Shown: positions 1 through 9,431 of the stretch, one piece after another | Layout: each line of letters opens with the position of its first letter | Position numbering within the stretch: the first letter of the stretch is position 1 | Notes under the pieces: model-generated | Database searches by the model: none | Told to the model about the DNA's origin: nothing | The model's input: the letters and a program-made list of their open reading frames with translations, nothing else | Assembly: GCA_946183085.1 (NCBI GenBank) | Contig: CAMGZU010000002.1 | Span: 2,339-66,338 of the forward strand | DNA: 64,000 bases | Direction of reading: 5' to 3' | Source of the DNA: an uncultured Erysipelotrichaceae bacterium | GTDB taxonomy: Bacteria > Bacillota_I > Bacilli_A > RFN20 > CAG-826 | Made by a program: the position numbers and the translations under genes

Positions 1-510
1 ATAGCCGCGGGAATAGGCGGAAATCGGGTATTCTTCACCCGTCCCATTGCCATTTTGGGCGGTGATGGAATCAAGAGTCTGCACCAAATAAGGCGAGGCG
101 TAGGCGTCGTAATTGGGGGTGGAGTCAGGATCAAAAGGCTCCAACATCCCCTGCGACATCATCTTCTGGATGGTGTAGTCCGAGGGGCAGACGAGGTCGT
201 AGTTTGTCTTGCCGGTCTTCAAAGACGAGAGCATCGTCTCGTTAGTGTCGAAGGTGTCGTAGATGACGCGGACGTTCTTGCCGTTGACTTCTTTTTCCCA
301 GGCTTCGAAAGCCGAGATGACGTCAGCGTAGGTTTCTTCTTCCGCCTCTTCCCAGAAGGGGGAGAGCTCGGATTCGCCGATGTAGTCTTCGCAATTGAAG
401 ACGCGGAGGCGGATGACGCCGTTTTCCTCGGCGGAAGAGCAGCCGCTTAAAGCGGGCGCCACAAGCATAGCAAGGGCGCTAAGAGACAAAGCGCGGACGA
501 TTTTTTTCAT
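1..510 (-). CDS. potD: spermidine/putrescine ABC transporter substrate-binding lipoprotein, N-terminal part; gene continues past the window edge
   Basis: Reverse-complement translation from ATG at 508-510 gives MKKIVRALSLSALAMLVAPALSGCSS... (signal peptide plus lipobox), then a PotD-like periplasmic binding domain. The ATG overlaps the potC stop (ATGA). Not in the ORF table because it is truncated by the window edge. Confidence 0.8.
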   Translation of the reverse strand, partial: MKKIVRALSLSALAMLVAPALSGCSSAEENGVIRLRVFNCEDYIGESELSPFWEEAEEETYADVISAFEAWEKEVNGKNVRVIYDTFDTNETMLSSLKTGKTNYDLVCPSDYTIQKMMSQGMLEPFDPDSTPNYDAYASPYLVQTLDSITAQNGNGTGEEYPISAYSRGY

Positions 511-1412
511 AACGAAGCCCTCCCTTTGCGCGTCTTTTTCTTATGGGCGCGATTCTGATAGATGGTGATGAGGACGACCGCGATGAAGACGACGAGGACC
601 AAGATGGTGGTCAAAGCGCGCATCGCGGGCGGGATCGGGCCCTTCTTGATCTTGGCCTGGACCAAGGTCGATAGGGTCTCGATGGTCTTTTCGCCCGAAA
701 GTAAACCCGCCCCACGGGTGAAGGCGGTGACGATGAAGTCGTCCAAAGACAAGGTGATGGCAAGCAAGAAGCCGCTTATGACGCCCGGGAAGATCTCAGG
801 CAAAACGACCTTGAAGAGGGCCTTCCTTTGGGTGCAGCCAAGGTCCAAGGCCGCTTCATAAAGCGCCGGATCCATCTGCTGAAGCTTGGGCTTCACGGAA
901 AGATAGACGAAGGGAAGCGAGAGGATGACGTGGCCGACCAATAAGGTCCAGAAGCTGAAGACGTTCGCGCCTTGGAAAAGATAAGAGCCCACGAAGACGA
1001 ACATGACGGTCAAAGAAAGGGCGATGACGATTTCGGCGTTGACGACCGGGATCTGGGTGACGGTCTCCACCACCGCCCTCGTCCTTTTCTTCGAATAGAA
1101 GACGCCGATCGCGCCGCACGTGCCAAGGATGACCGAGACGGCCGCGGAGGACAAAGCCAAGATGATGGTGTTGCCCAAGGCAGTCATGATCTCTTCGTCA
1201 TGGAAGAGGTCGCTATATAGCTTAAGCGAGAAGCCCGTCCAGGTGCCGACGTTGGTCGCCGCCGTGAAGGAATAGGCGATGAGCATCAAGATCGGGATGT
1301 ACATGAGGATCAGCATGACCCAGATGATGGTCTGGCCAATGACTTTGGCGCGGATCGCCTTGTGGCGAAGCTTTAGGTCCACCGGGGACAGATTGAGGTT
1401 CTTCTTTACCAT
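507..1412 (-). CDS. potC: spermidine/putrescine ABC transporter permease
   Basis: 301 aa, multi-TM, PotC/binding-protein-dependent transport signature. 4-bp overlap with potD start. Confidence 0.85.
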   Translation of the reverse strand: MVKKNLNLSPVDLKLRHKAIRAKVIGQTIIWVMLILMYIPILMLIAYSFTAATNVGTWTGFSLKLYSDLFHDEEIMTALGNTIILALSSAAVSVILGTCGAIGVFYSKKRTRAVVETVTQIPVVNAEIVIALSLTVMFVFVGSYLFQGANVFSFWTLLVGHVILSLPFVYLSVKPKLQQMDPALYEAALDLGCTQRKALFKVVLPEIFPGVISGFLLAITLSLDDFIVTAFTRGAGLLSGEKTIETLSTLVQAKIKKGPIPPAMRALTTILVLVVFIAVVLITIYQNRAHKKKTRKGRASL

Positions 1413-2242
1413 AATTGGGCCCCCCTGGCGTTCTTTTCGCCTTTGTCAAACCGACGCGAGATGAGCATCGACGCACCGACAAGAAGCAGCATGATGAAGG
1501 CCATGAAGGAGCCTTCGTTCCACTGCGACTGGCTGAAGTTGAGGTAGATGATGTTGCCAAAGAGCGTGATCATGCCTTCGGACAAGGTATCGGAGATGAC
1601 GTAAGAGGAAATCGTCGGCATGAAGACCATCTCGGCGGCCGAGACGATGCCGGGGATCGACTGGGGAAGGACGCTATGGACGAAGACCTGGACGGGGTTG
1701 GCGCCAAGGTCGGCCGCGGCCTCCAGCTGACTCTTATCGAGCTTCAGCATCGTGGTGTAAAGCGGGAGGATGGTGAAAGGCAAGTAGTTATAGACCATGC
1801 CGATCATCGTGGCCAAATAAGGATGCTGGCCGCCTTTTAGGCCCATGAGGTTCAAAAGGTCACGGGTCGCGCCGGTGCGGAGGACGAAGTTGATCCACAT
1901 CGGCATGATGAAAAGCATGACGAGGATCTTGTTCTTGTTGAAGCGCGAATTGGCGAGCAAATAGGCGATTGGATAGCCAAGAAGCAAGCAGATGGCCGTG
2001 TTGAGGATGCCGATGAACAAGGAGACCACCAAGATGTTGATCTTCGTGCCCGAGGTGAAGAAGCTCACCAAGGCATTCCACGAGAAGAAGAGCGCGCCAC
2101 TATCGGCCGTATCCGTGAAGGCATAGACCAAGATGATCGCGATTGGGATGAGGATGAAGAGCAAGAGGAAGACGGCGTAAGGGATGGCCAGGTATTTCCT
2201 CTTAAACGCGAAGAAGCGCTTGAGTTTGGACTGCTTTTCCAT
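1406..2242 (-). CDS. potB: spermidine/putrescine ABC transporter permease
   Basis: 278 aa polytopic permease. Overlaps potC start by 7 bp, so same operon. Confidence 0.85.
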   Translation of the reverse strand: MEKQSKLKRFFAFKRKYLAIPYAVFLLLFILIPIAIILVYAFTDTADSGALFFSWNALVSFFTSGTKINILVVSLFIGILNTAICLLLGYPIAYLLANSRFNKNKILVMLFIMPMWINFVLRTGATRDLLNLMGLKGGQHPYLATMIGMVYNYLPFTILPLYTTMLKLDKSQLEAAADLGANPVQVFVHSVLPQSIPGIVSAAEMVFMPTISSYVISDTLSEGMITLFGNIIYLNFSQSQWNEGSFMAFIMLLLVGASMLISRRFDKGEKNARGAQLW

Positions 2243-2246
2243 CTTC

Positions 2247-3764
2247 TTAGTCCTGCGCGTATTGATCCGCGCTCCCTTTTAAACGGATGCGGATGTCCTC
2301 TTTCTTGATGGAGATGGAGACGATGTCGTTCTCGTTCCAAGAATAGGGCGAAGAAACGACATAATCTTCTTCCTCCTCGGTGCGGACCAAATAACGGTAA
2401 TGGTCGCCGATCCAGACGGAGGAGAGGATGGTGCCTTTGGCGTTGCCGATCGAAAGATCGTCGGAGAGCTCGACTTTGTCGAGGTCCACTTCCGCGATGA
2501 CGTCGGCGTCGTTGAAGTCGTAATGCTTTTTGGTCTTAGGATCGTAGATCCTGCCGTCTTCGTCAAAGACGGAGCCGGGGATAAGAGAAAGGATGTCGCA
2601 ATCGTAGACGTCGTCGGAGATGACGAGCTGGTTCTCTTTGTTGATCCAGGCGTCGGTATATTGGTTGACGGTGAAGTCCTTCTTCATGACCTGGATGTTT
2701 TCCTTATCGATGGAGAGGGAGACGGTGGAGCCGACTTCGCGGTCTTTGGTGTCGCGGCAAAGGACTTCGTTTTTCTTGACGATGACGACGTATTCATAAT
2801 GGACGCCTTGGAAGATCTTCGAGGCGATGACGCCGTCGACATTGCCTTTGCCTGGCGCCTTGATGATGACGTCTTCGGGGCGGACGACGATATCGACCTT
2901 CTCGTTGACGGGGAAGTCATCGACGACGTCCCAATTCGCGCCGATGAAGCGGGCGGTGAGCTTTTTGGTCATCGTGCCGTTATAGATGTTGGATTCGCCG
3001 ATGAAGTCCGCGACGAAGGCGTTGACCGGCTCGTTATAGATGTCTTCTGGGGACCCCGCCTGCTGAATGACGCCGTCGTTCATGATGACGATGGTGTCGG
3101 ACATGGTAAGGGCCTCTTCCTGGTCGTGGGTAACGTAAAGGAAGGTGATGCCGAGTTTCTTGTGCATCTCCTTGAGCTCGAGCTGCATGTCTTTGCGCAT
3201 CTTGTGGTCAAGGGCGCTTAAAGGTTCGTCTAAAAGAAGGACCTGCGGCTCGTTGACGATCGCGCGGGCGATCGCGACGCGCTGCTGTTGGCCGCCAGAA
3301 AGGGTGGAGACGTCGCGGTCTTCCATGTCCTCGAGGTCGACGACCTTAAGGGCTTTGGAGACGCGCTGATCGATCTCCTTCGCGGGGATGTGCTTCATCT
3401 TGGTCTTGAAGGAGCCATCCTTTTGCTTGACCTGAACGGGAACCTTCTTCAGCTTCAAGCCGAAGGCGACGTTGTCATAGACGTCAAGGTGCGGGAAGAG
3501 GGCGTAATGCTGGAAGACGGTGTTGACCGGCCTTTTGTAAGGCGGGAGCAACGAGATGTCCTCGCCATTGAGCAAGATGGTGCCTTTCGAGGGAAGCTCG
3601 AAGCCGGCGATCATGCGGAGGGTCGTGGTCTTGCCACAGCCAGAGGGCCCAAGAATCGTGACGAATTCGCCGCGCTTGATGTCGAGATTGAAGTCCTCGA
3701 CGACGACGGTTCCGTCAAATTCTTTGCGGACATGTTGCAAAGAGATGATTGTATCGTTTTCCAT
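2247..3764 (-). CDS. potA: spermidine/putrescine ABC transporter ATP-binding protein with a long C-terminal extension
   Basis: Walker A GPSGCGKTT, ABC signature LSGGQQQRVAIARA, Walker B LLLDEPLSALD. 505 aa versus about 370 aa for typical PotA; the extra ~130 aa look like an additional TOBE-like regulatory region. Confidence 0.85.
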   Translation of the reverse strand: MENDTIISLQHVRKEFDGTVVVEDFNLDIKRGEFVTILGPSGCGKTTTLRMIAGFELPSKGTILLNGEDISLLPPYKRPVNTVFQHYALFPHLDVYDNVAFGLKLKKVPVQVKQKDGSFKTKMKHIPAKEIDQRVSKALKVVDLEDMEDRDVSTLSGGQQQRVAIARAIVNEPQVLLLDEPLSALDHKMRKDMQLELKEMHKKLGITFLYVTHDQEEALTMSDTIVIMNDGVIQQAGSPEDIYNEPVNAFVADFIGESNIYNGTMTKKLTARFIGANWDVVDDFPVNEKVDIVVRPEDVIIKAPGKGNVDGVIASKIFQGVHYEYVVIVKKNEVLCRDTKDREVGSTVSLSIDKENIQVMKKDFTVNQYTDAWINKENQLVISDDVYDCDILSLIPGSVFDEDGRIYDPKTKKHYDFNDADVIAEVDLDKVELSDDLSIGNAKGTILSSVWIGDHYRYLVRTEEEEDYVVSSPYSWNENDIVSISIKKEDIRIRLKGSADQYAQD

Positions 3765-4015
3765 AAGGTTCCTCCTTGGTCAAAAACCCCAGAAAAAATT
3801 ACGAGCAAAATAATAAAGAATGGGGGGTAAAAAACAAACACTTTTTTTCACCTCGATTTCCCCTGCAAAAACCGCGAAAACCAAAAGTTGGCTTTCTAAG
3901 GGCATTATCGAGATTTTCCCCGCGAAAAATTTTTCAAAAATTCGTGCGAAAAAACCATCGAAAAATCCGTAAGTTTTTTCTAACATTTTTCTGCAAGCGG
4001 TTATACTACTCGCGT

Positions 4016-5131
4016 ATGAAGAAAAAGCGGCTCCAAAAACCCCTCCTTCTCCTCGCCCTTCTCCCGCTTCTTTGCGGGTGTGGCGAAAAGGGAGTCAGCG
4101 CGCCCACGCGCGTGAATCTATCTTTTGGGCGCCTTCTTTCCGAGGGGGTTCCCCTCTTCCATCCGGGGAAAGATGGCGAGGACATCCACGCCACCTCCAC
4201 CACCCTGGAAGCCTTGGTCCAAAAGAAATCGTCCTTCCTCCTTTTCGCGGTGCCCGACGAATTCTGCACCTGCTGGAACGAATGGCGGAACGACGTCATC
4301 GCCCCTTATCTAAAAGAACATAACCTCGACGCCTATTTCGTCATGAATGACGTCTTAGAGAAGACGACGTCCCTCTCCTTTCCAACGGATGGGCTCAAGA
4401 ATCAGCTTGGCATCTATGAAGATGGCCAGCTCAAATACCGCCTCTCGGTTGAGACGGGCGATGCGCTTCACGATTCCAAAGAGGCCTTCGCCAAATGGAT
4501 GGATGAGCGGATCGTTTACCCGACGGCCACCTATGTGAACAAAACCCAGGTGGACGCCCTTTATAAGGGCAAAGAAGACTTCGTCCTTTATTACGCAAGG
4601 TCCACTTGCTCTGACTGCGCCTCCTTCGAAACCGAATTCCTCCAAGACTATCTGAAGGAAAGAGAAAACGAAAAGACCCTCTATGTCCTGGATTGCGACG
4701 TCGAAGGCCTCCGTTTCCAAGATGGCGTTTATAACGCCACCCAGTGGGCGAGCATCAAACAAGAATATGGTTTGGCGGAAGGCGAAGATAACCCTGCCGG
4801 ATATTCTACGGGCGTCGTCCCCACCACCTTTGCCATCCATCCGGAAAGTGGCAAGAAAAAAGGCGTCCAGCTTGGCGCGAACGTCTTCCTAAACGATGAA
4901 GTCGCCTTAGGCGAAGATGGCGAATATTACGTGAAGTCCTCTTATTACGAAGAGACCCGTTTCGATCGAGACGAAGAGCTTGGCTATCTCCTAGAAGAGG
5001 ACATCAACTACCCCGCCTTCCAAGGACAAAAGCTCGGCAAAACGGAAAGCTATAGCTACGCCTGGGCAAAAGAAAAGACGCTCCCTTACCACAAAGCGGT
5101 CGCGAAGCTCTTCTTCGACAAATACCTCTAA
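4016..5131 (+). CDS. hypothetical lipoprotein, possibly a tandem thioredoxin-like fold (one CxxC)
   Basis: The table ORF 3776-5131 has an implausible Lys/Arg-rich N-terminus. An internal ATG at 4016 gives MKKKRLQKPLLLLALLPLLCGCGEKG (lipoprotein signal). A TCSDCAS CxxC motif occurs in the second half. A possible -10 TATACT lies at 4001-4006. Confidence 0.6.
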   Translation: MKKKRLQKPLLLLALLPLLCGCGEKGVSAPTRVNLSFGRLLSEGVPLFHPGKDGEDIHATSTTLEALVQKKSSFLLFAVPDEFCTCWNEWRNDVIAPYLKEHNLDAYFVMNDVLEKTTSLSFPTDGLKNQLGIYEDGQLKYRLSVETGDALHDSKEAFAKWMDERIVYPTATYVNKTQVDALYKGKEDFVLYYARSTCSDCASFETEFLQDYLKERENEKTLYVLDCDVEGLRFQDGVYNATQWASIKQEYGLAEGEDNPAGYSTGVVPTTFAIHPESGKKKGVQLGANVFLNDEVALGEDGEYYVKSSYYEETRFDRDEELGYLLEEDINYPAFQGQKLGKTESYSYAWAKEKTLPYHKAVAKLFFDKYL

Positions 5132-5178
5132 GCAAAAGAAAGCACCGGTCGCCCGGTGCTTCTTTTCGTTTGCTTTCC

Positions 5179-5850
5179 TTAGAAAAGGACGGATCTCGCC
5201 GCGTCTTTGGTCTCCTTCGAAGCAGTGAAGGGGATGCGGGTGGTGTAGCCATTCTTCGCAGCGACGATCTTGTAAGTCGGCCACTGGAAGATGATGGAGT
5301 TCCATTCCAAGACGGCGTCGTTATAGGCTTCTCTAGCCGCGGTGATCTCACGCTGGAGATAGGAGTTCTGCTGCAAGCAGTCCTCGATCTCGTTGTGGGC
5401 TTTGAGGTCCGGATAGGCTTCGAAGGCGACGTTGATCGAGCGGGTGATGCTGTCGAGCTGGGCGTTGACTTCGTTGCGGGCCGCGTCTTGGGCGGCGCCG
5501 GTTTTGCCGCCACGGGCTTCGGCGACTTTGACGAAGACGTCTTTGTCGAGGTCAACAGCGCGGTCTAAGAGCTTCGCGGCATTCTTCAAGATGACGACGC
5601 GGTTCTCCATGTAGTTGTCGATGGTGGAGGCGTTGTGCTGGACCTTCTGCTGAAGCTTGTCCAAATACGCTTTGGCCTTGATCTTCATGATGAGGAAGAT
5701 AAGGCCGGGGATGATGCCAAGGACCCAGAGGATCACCTGGAAGAAAGTCGAGCCCCATCCAACTTTGACGAGGATCTGCTTGTCGATGACGTTGACGTCG
5801 CGGCCTGCTTCGTTGACCGGACCCGTCATCTCGTCGAGTTCATTTGCCAT
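5179..5850 (-). CDS. LemA family protein
   Basis: C-terminal EAYPDLKAHN...YNDAVLEWN...FQWP matches the conserved LemA core. An N-terminal TM helix is present. Exact start uncertain. Confidence 0.75.
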   Translation of the reverse strand: MANELDEMTGPVNEAGRDVNVIDKQILVKVGWGSTFFQVILWVLGIIPGLIFLIMKIKAKAYLDKLQQKVQHNASTIDNYMENRVVILKNAAKLLDRAVDLDKDVFVKVAEARGGKTGAAQDAARNEVNAQLDSITRSINVAFEAYPDLKAHNEIEDCLQQNSYLQREITAAREAYNDAVLEWNSIIFQWPTYKIVAAKNGYTTRIPFTASKETKDAARSVLF

Positions 5851-5898
5851 ATGTTTTTCTCCTTTATTAAGAGTGCTATTAATCTAGCACCATTAACC

Positions 5899-7848
5899 TT
5901 ATTTTGTCTTCGCTTTTTCGCCAAGGCTCTTGCCCATGGTTTTGAGAGCGTCCACCACGTCTTTCTTGGCGTCTTGCACCGGGGCTTTCACTTCGCTCGC
6001 GCCCAGGATGGACGCGAAGCCTTTCAAGTCGGCGGGGTTGCTCTCTTTCGCTTCCAAGAAAGCGAAGAGGCCGCGCTCATAGTGGCATTTGCCACTCGCC
6101 TTGAACTTCTCGATGAAGTTGACGAAGCCTTGGTTCTTGCAAAGGGTCTCCCGATAGTCATGACGCGTGGTTGGGCAATTCGCCACTTCCATCATCGTCT
6201 TTTTCTTGACTGGGATGTATTCGGTCCAAGGGACGGGGATCGTATGCATCTTGCCATCGCCGCCCATCTTGTGGACGAATTCGGTGCGTTCTACGGTGCG
6301 GAAGCCATGGGCCGTGATCTCGACTTGGTCGAAGGCCCCCTTCTTCTGCACGAACTCGGTCTTGAGGATGAGCGGGGTGGCGCAGTCGGCGGGTTTCAAT
6401 AAATCCGGATGGAAGCAATTGGCCAAGGCTTCATGCTCGTAGAAGCTGACGTTGCTCCGATAGGGATGGTCGTAGATGAATTCCGCGGGCTTGGTCTGCT
6501 GATAGATCGGGATCGAGAGGATCGGGGCCAAATCGAAGTAGACCGATTGGAAGAATTCGCCGGTGAACTTGAGGAATTTCTCTTTTGCCTTGTCGAAATC
6601 GAGGTCGGAGAAGGCGGATGGGGAAGCGTAGTAGTCGGTATTCTGCGAATGGCCGGACATTATGGTGTTGATCTTCCCATCTTTGTAGAAGGAAAAGTCA
6701 TCGCCATAAGGCTCTTTGCTTTTGATGAGCTTGAGGATGTTTTGCTGGGCAAGCGGGGTGAAGAGAAGACGGTATTGGGCTTCGTCGTTGCGATCAAGCG
6801 CGTTCCAAAGGACCTCAAATTCCGTATTGGCCATCAAGGTGAGGTCATGGGGGTCATCGTCCATAAGGCTCCGCTTCACCTTCTTCTCGGCGGCCTTGGT
6901 GCCTTGCTTGACCATCTTCTGGAGGTCTTTCTCCGAAGCGTTCTTGTTCACCTGCGGCTCGCGGGAGAAGCTAAGTTTCGGGGCGACTTCGCTGCCATAG
7001 ACCAAGAAGGTCACATAGTGATAAGAAGGCGCCGGGCGTTCGATGGAGGCCATCAAGGTCTGGGTGCGGGTTTGGGTCGAGGTCGAGCCGTCGCTATTAT
7101 GGACGGTGACGGTCCAGGAGATGACGATCGAGCCCGTATAGGTATGCATGTACATGCGCTTCGCGTAATCTCTTTCGATCAAGAAAGGATTTCCGCGGAT
7201 CGAACCCGATTGGAGATGATAGACGGAAATGTCATCGTCCTCGGTCTCGGACAAACCATATTTGCTGACCAAATAGGCATAACGCCCTACGTCGAAGTTC
7301 TGGTCCAGCTGAAGGAGAGGGATCGCTTCCGAGATCACTTTCTGAGGCATGCCCCAGTCCAAGATGGCGTTAAAGGGAGCCATCTGCTTCTCGGCTTCTT
7401 GGTGAATCTCCGCTTCTTCTTTCTTGAGTTTATCGACGATCGCCTGATGGCGTTTGACCGCTTTCGAAAGGCTCATTGAGGTGATGAGGATCAAAATGAC
7501 GGCGACGATGGCGCAGCTAGCGGCACCAAGAATCGGCCCGACGGCGCTTTGGCCTCCTTGATTGCGGGAGATGCCGACGGCGATCAGGATGGCAGAGGCG
7601 ATGAAAAGGATGACGATGAGGATAATGAAGAAGGTCCTCAGCCCTTTTTTGCCATTGAGTTTCTTCTCCGCTTCCTTTAATTCCGCCTGCTTTTTGTAGA
7701 GGTGGTCGCAGGTGTCGCGGTTGGCCATCTTGTCAACCTTGACTTCCTTCGCGAGGCCTTCGATCGTCTTTTCGGCGGTCTTCAAAACCTTCTCTTTGAG
7801 GAGCGGGTATTCCTTGATGGGCTCTAAGATGTCCTTCTCGATTGCCAT
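5899..7848 (-). CDS. hypothetical 2-TM membrane protein (649 aa) encoded directly upstream of LemA
   Basis: N-terminal coiled-coil, two hydrophobic helices, then a ~450-aa domain with no family I recognise. Co-directional with the LemA gene, 48 bp away. Confidence 0.6.
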   Translation of the reverse strand: MAIEKDILEPIKEYPLLKEKVLKTAEKTIEGLAKEVKVDKMANRDTCDHLYKKQAELKEAEKKLNGKKGLRTFFIILIVILFIASAILIAVGISRNQGGQSAVGPILGAASCAIVAVILILITSMSLSKAVKRHQAIVDKLKKEEAEIHQEAEKQMAPFNAILDWGMPQKVISEAIPLLQLDQNFDVGRYAYLVSKYGLSETEDDDISVYHLQSGSIRGNPFLIERDYAKRMYMHTYTGSIVISWTVTVHNSDGSTSTQTRTQTLMASIERPAPSYHYVTFLVYGSEVAPKLSFSREPQVNKNASEKDLQKMVKQGTKAAEKKVKRSLMDDDPHDLTLMANTEFEVLWNALDRNDEAQYRLLFTPLAQQNILKLIKSKEPYGDDFSFYKDGKINTIMSGHSQNTDYYASPSAFSDLDFDKAKEKFLKFTGEFFQSVYFDLAPILSIPIYQQTKPAEFIYDHPYRSNVSFYEHEALANCFHPDLLKPADCATPLILKTEFVQKKGAFDQVEITAHGFRTVERTEFVHKMGGDGKMHTIPVPWTEYIPVKKKTMMEVANCPTTRHDYRETLCKNQGFVNFIEKFKASGKCHYERGLFAFLEAKESNPADLKGFASILGASEVKAPVQDAKKDVVDALKTMGKSLGEKAKTK

Positions 7849-7930
7849 ATGCGGGCATTATAACACCCGATGCGCACGCAACTGCCACACAATTCGCAAA
7901 AAGAAAACCGCCCTAAGGCGGTTGTTCCCT

Positions 7931-9274
7931 TTATTCGGCCAAAGTGCCCATCGGGTCCCAAGGCGGGAGGTGGGTCGCTTCTGCTTTGGTCGCGGCCACT
8001 TCTTCTTTCGTGAGGTATTTCTTCAAGACGACGGCCTGATAGACGAAGGTGTCGAAGAATTCTTTCGACATGACGTAATAGCCTTTGACGCCGTTATCTT
8101 CGCCCCAGGAGTTCTCGATCTTCCACTTGGTGGGCTCGCCATCGACGATGTCGACGCCGGTGATGACCATCGCGTGGTTCATGGCGCTATGGCGGTAATC
8201 GAGCATGGCACCCTTTTCGAATTCGAGCGGGAAGCCGACGGTCGAGACGTAGTCAAAAGCCTTCGAATCCCAAGCAAAGGAAGAACGGTCACGGTAGAAG
8301 CCCACGTCGGAGCCAAACCAGACGGGAAGGCCGTCTTTGAGCTGAGCGATGATCGCTTCCTTAAGGCGTTCCATCGGAACGTTCAAGTGATTGATGGGCT
8401 TGCCTTCGATGACGTTCCCCAAGAAATCGATGGTGAAGTTCTTGTTGAAGGGCTTATCGCTCGTCGGCGAGTTGATGAGGGATTGGTATTCCTCGATCTT
8501 CTTGCCGATGAAGCGCTCAAAGAAGCTATGCGGGGTGAAGCCACGCTCGATGTGATAGGCCTTTTTGTCATCGCTCCACTCGAAATCGAAGGTGGTCGGC
8601 GGCACGCCGAAGGAATTGAGGAACATCGCGTAGATCTTCTCCATCACCTCGTCTTTTAGGGCGCGGATTTCCGCGTCTTTGCCCTCCAACTTCAAAAGGT
8701 GGGCATCGTGAGCGAATTTGCGGATCGCCGCGTTGACCAAGACGTCGGTTTCGCGGGTGGCGTTGGATTGGGCGGTCTCGGGGAAGGCGTCCTGCGGGAC
8801 GAGGCCATATTTCTCGACGAGGTTCACGAACATGTCCCACTGCCCGCCATCGGAGACCGGCTCGGTGAGGATGTGTTGGAGGACGCGGTCATCGTGCTCG
8901 CGATCGGCGAGGGTGATGACGCTTTCCAACGCGAAGTTGGCCTTTTCGATCTTGTCGAAGAGGGAGATGTAGTTTTGAGAGAGCTCGAACTTGGTGATCT
9001 TAAGCTCTTTGGCGACGATTTCGCGGAGGACGTTGAGTCCGGCGAAGATCCAGCAACGCCCCGACTGCTTTTGGTTGGCGACCGGCATCGTCTTCACTTC
9101 AACGGAGAAATGGGGCTGGACGGTGGGGAGCGATTCGCTCCGATAAGAGATGTTGGTCAAGGTCGAACGGGAGAGGGCGTGACGGATGATCGTGTTCTTC
9201 TCGTCCTTGCTATAACGCTCGCAGATGGACTTGACCTTCTCTTCGGTCAAAGCCCCTAATACTTCTTTCTTCAT
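7931..9274 (-). CDS. pepC: aminopeptidase C (bleomycin hydrolase, C1 family cysteine peptidase)
   Basis: 447 aa. Catalytic QKQSGRCWIFA motif and the typical PepC C-terminus. Confidence 0.9.
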   Translation of the reverse strand: MKKEVLGALTEEKVKSICERYSKDEKNTIIRHALSRSTLTNISYRSESLPTVQPHFSVEVKTMPVANQKQSGRCWIFAGLNVLREIVAKELKITKFELSQNYISLFDKIEKANFALESVITLADREHDDRVLQHILTEPVSDGGQWDMFVNLVEKYGLVPQDAFPETAQSNATRETDVLVNAAIRKFAHDAHLLKLEGKDAEIRALKDEVMEKIYAMFLNSFGVPPTTFDFEWSDDKKAYHIERGFTPHSFFERFIGKKIEEYQSLINSPTSDKPFNKNFTIDFLGNVIEGKPINHLNVPMERLKEAIIAQLKDGLPVWFGSDVGFYRDRSSFAWDSKAFDYVSTVGFPLEFEKGAMLDYRHSAMNHAMVITGVDIVDGEPTKWKIENSWGEDNGVKGYYVMSKEFFDTFVYQAVVLKKYLTKEEVAATKAEATHLPPWDPMGTLAE

Positions 9275-9378
9275 AAATGGGATTCCTTTCGGCGGAGATA
9301 CCGCTTAGCCTGCCCATTATAGGCGCGTGCGAATGGTTTGCAAGCGGTAAATATGAACGCCCATTCATTTATTAATGC

Positions 9379-9406
9379 TTGCACGAAGAGAAAACGCGCA
9401 TACAAT
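9379..9406 (+). promoter_or_regulatory. sigma70-like promoter for pepT (-35 TTGCAC, 16-nt spacer, -10 TACAAT)
   Basis: TTGCAC at 9379-9384 and TACAAT at 9401-9406. RBS AGGAGA at 9420-9425 precedes ATG 9432. Confidence 0.5.
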
Positions 9407-9431
9407 ACATAGCGAACCTAGGAGAACACCC

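Noticed and set aside
55-450. 131-aa plus-strand ORF at the window start
   Set aside because: Antisense to the potD N-terminal coding region, which has a clear lipoprotein signal and PotD homology.
2400-3221. 273-aa plus-strand ORF opposite potA, rich in D/V/G
   Set aside because: It lies entirely antisense to a well-supported ABC ATPase gene. The composition is typical of shadow ORFs in GC3-rich coding DNA.
3776-4015. First 80 codons of table ORF 3776-5131
   Set aside because: The Lys/Arg/Phe-rich translation comes from an AT-rich intergenic region. An internal ATG at 4016 gives a textbook lipoprotein signal peptide.
6409-7479. 356-aa plus-strand ORF
   Set aside because: Antisense to the 649-aa minus-strand gene, with no motifs. 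Shadow ORF.
7712-8659. 315-aa plus-strand ORF
   Set aside because: Antisense to pepC, whose identity is unambiguous.
9275-9431. Possible CodY or other regulator box (CATTCATTTATTAATG) in the pepC/pepT intergenic region
   Set aside because: It is only a loose AT-rich pseudo-palindrome and cannot be distinguished from background without a motif model. Only the sigma70-like promoter is reported.
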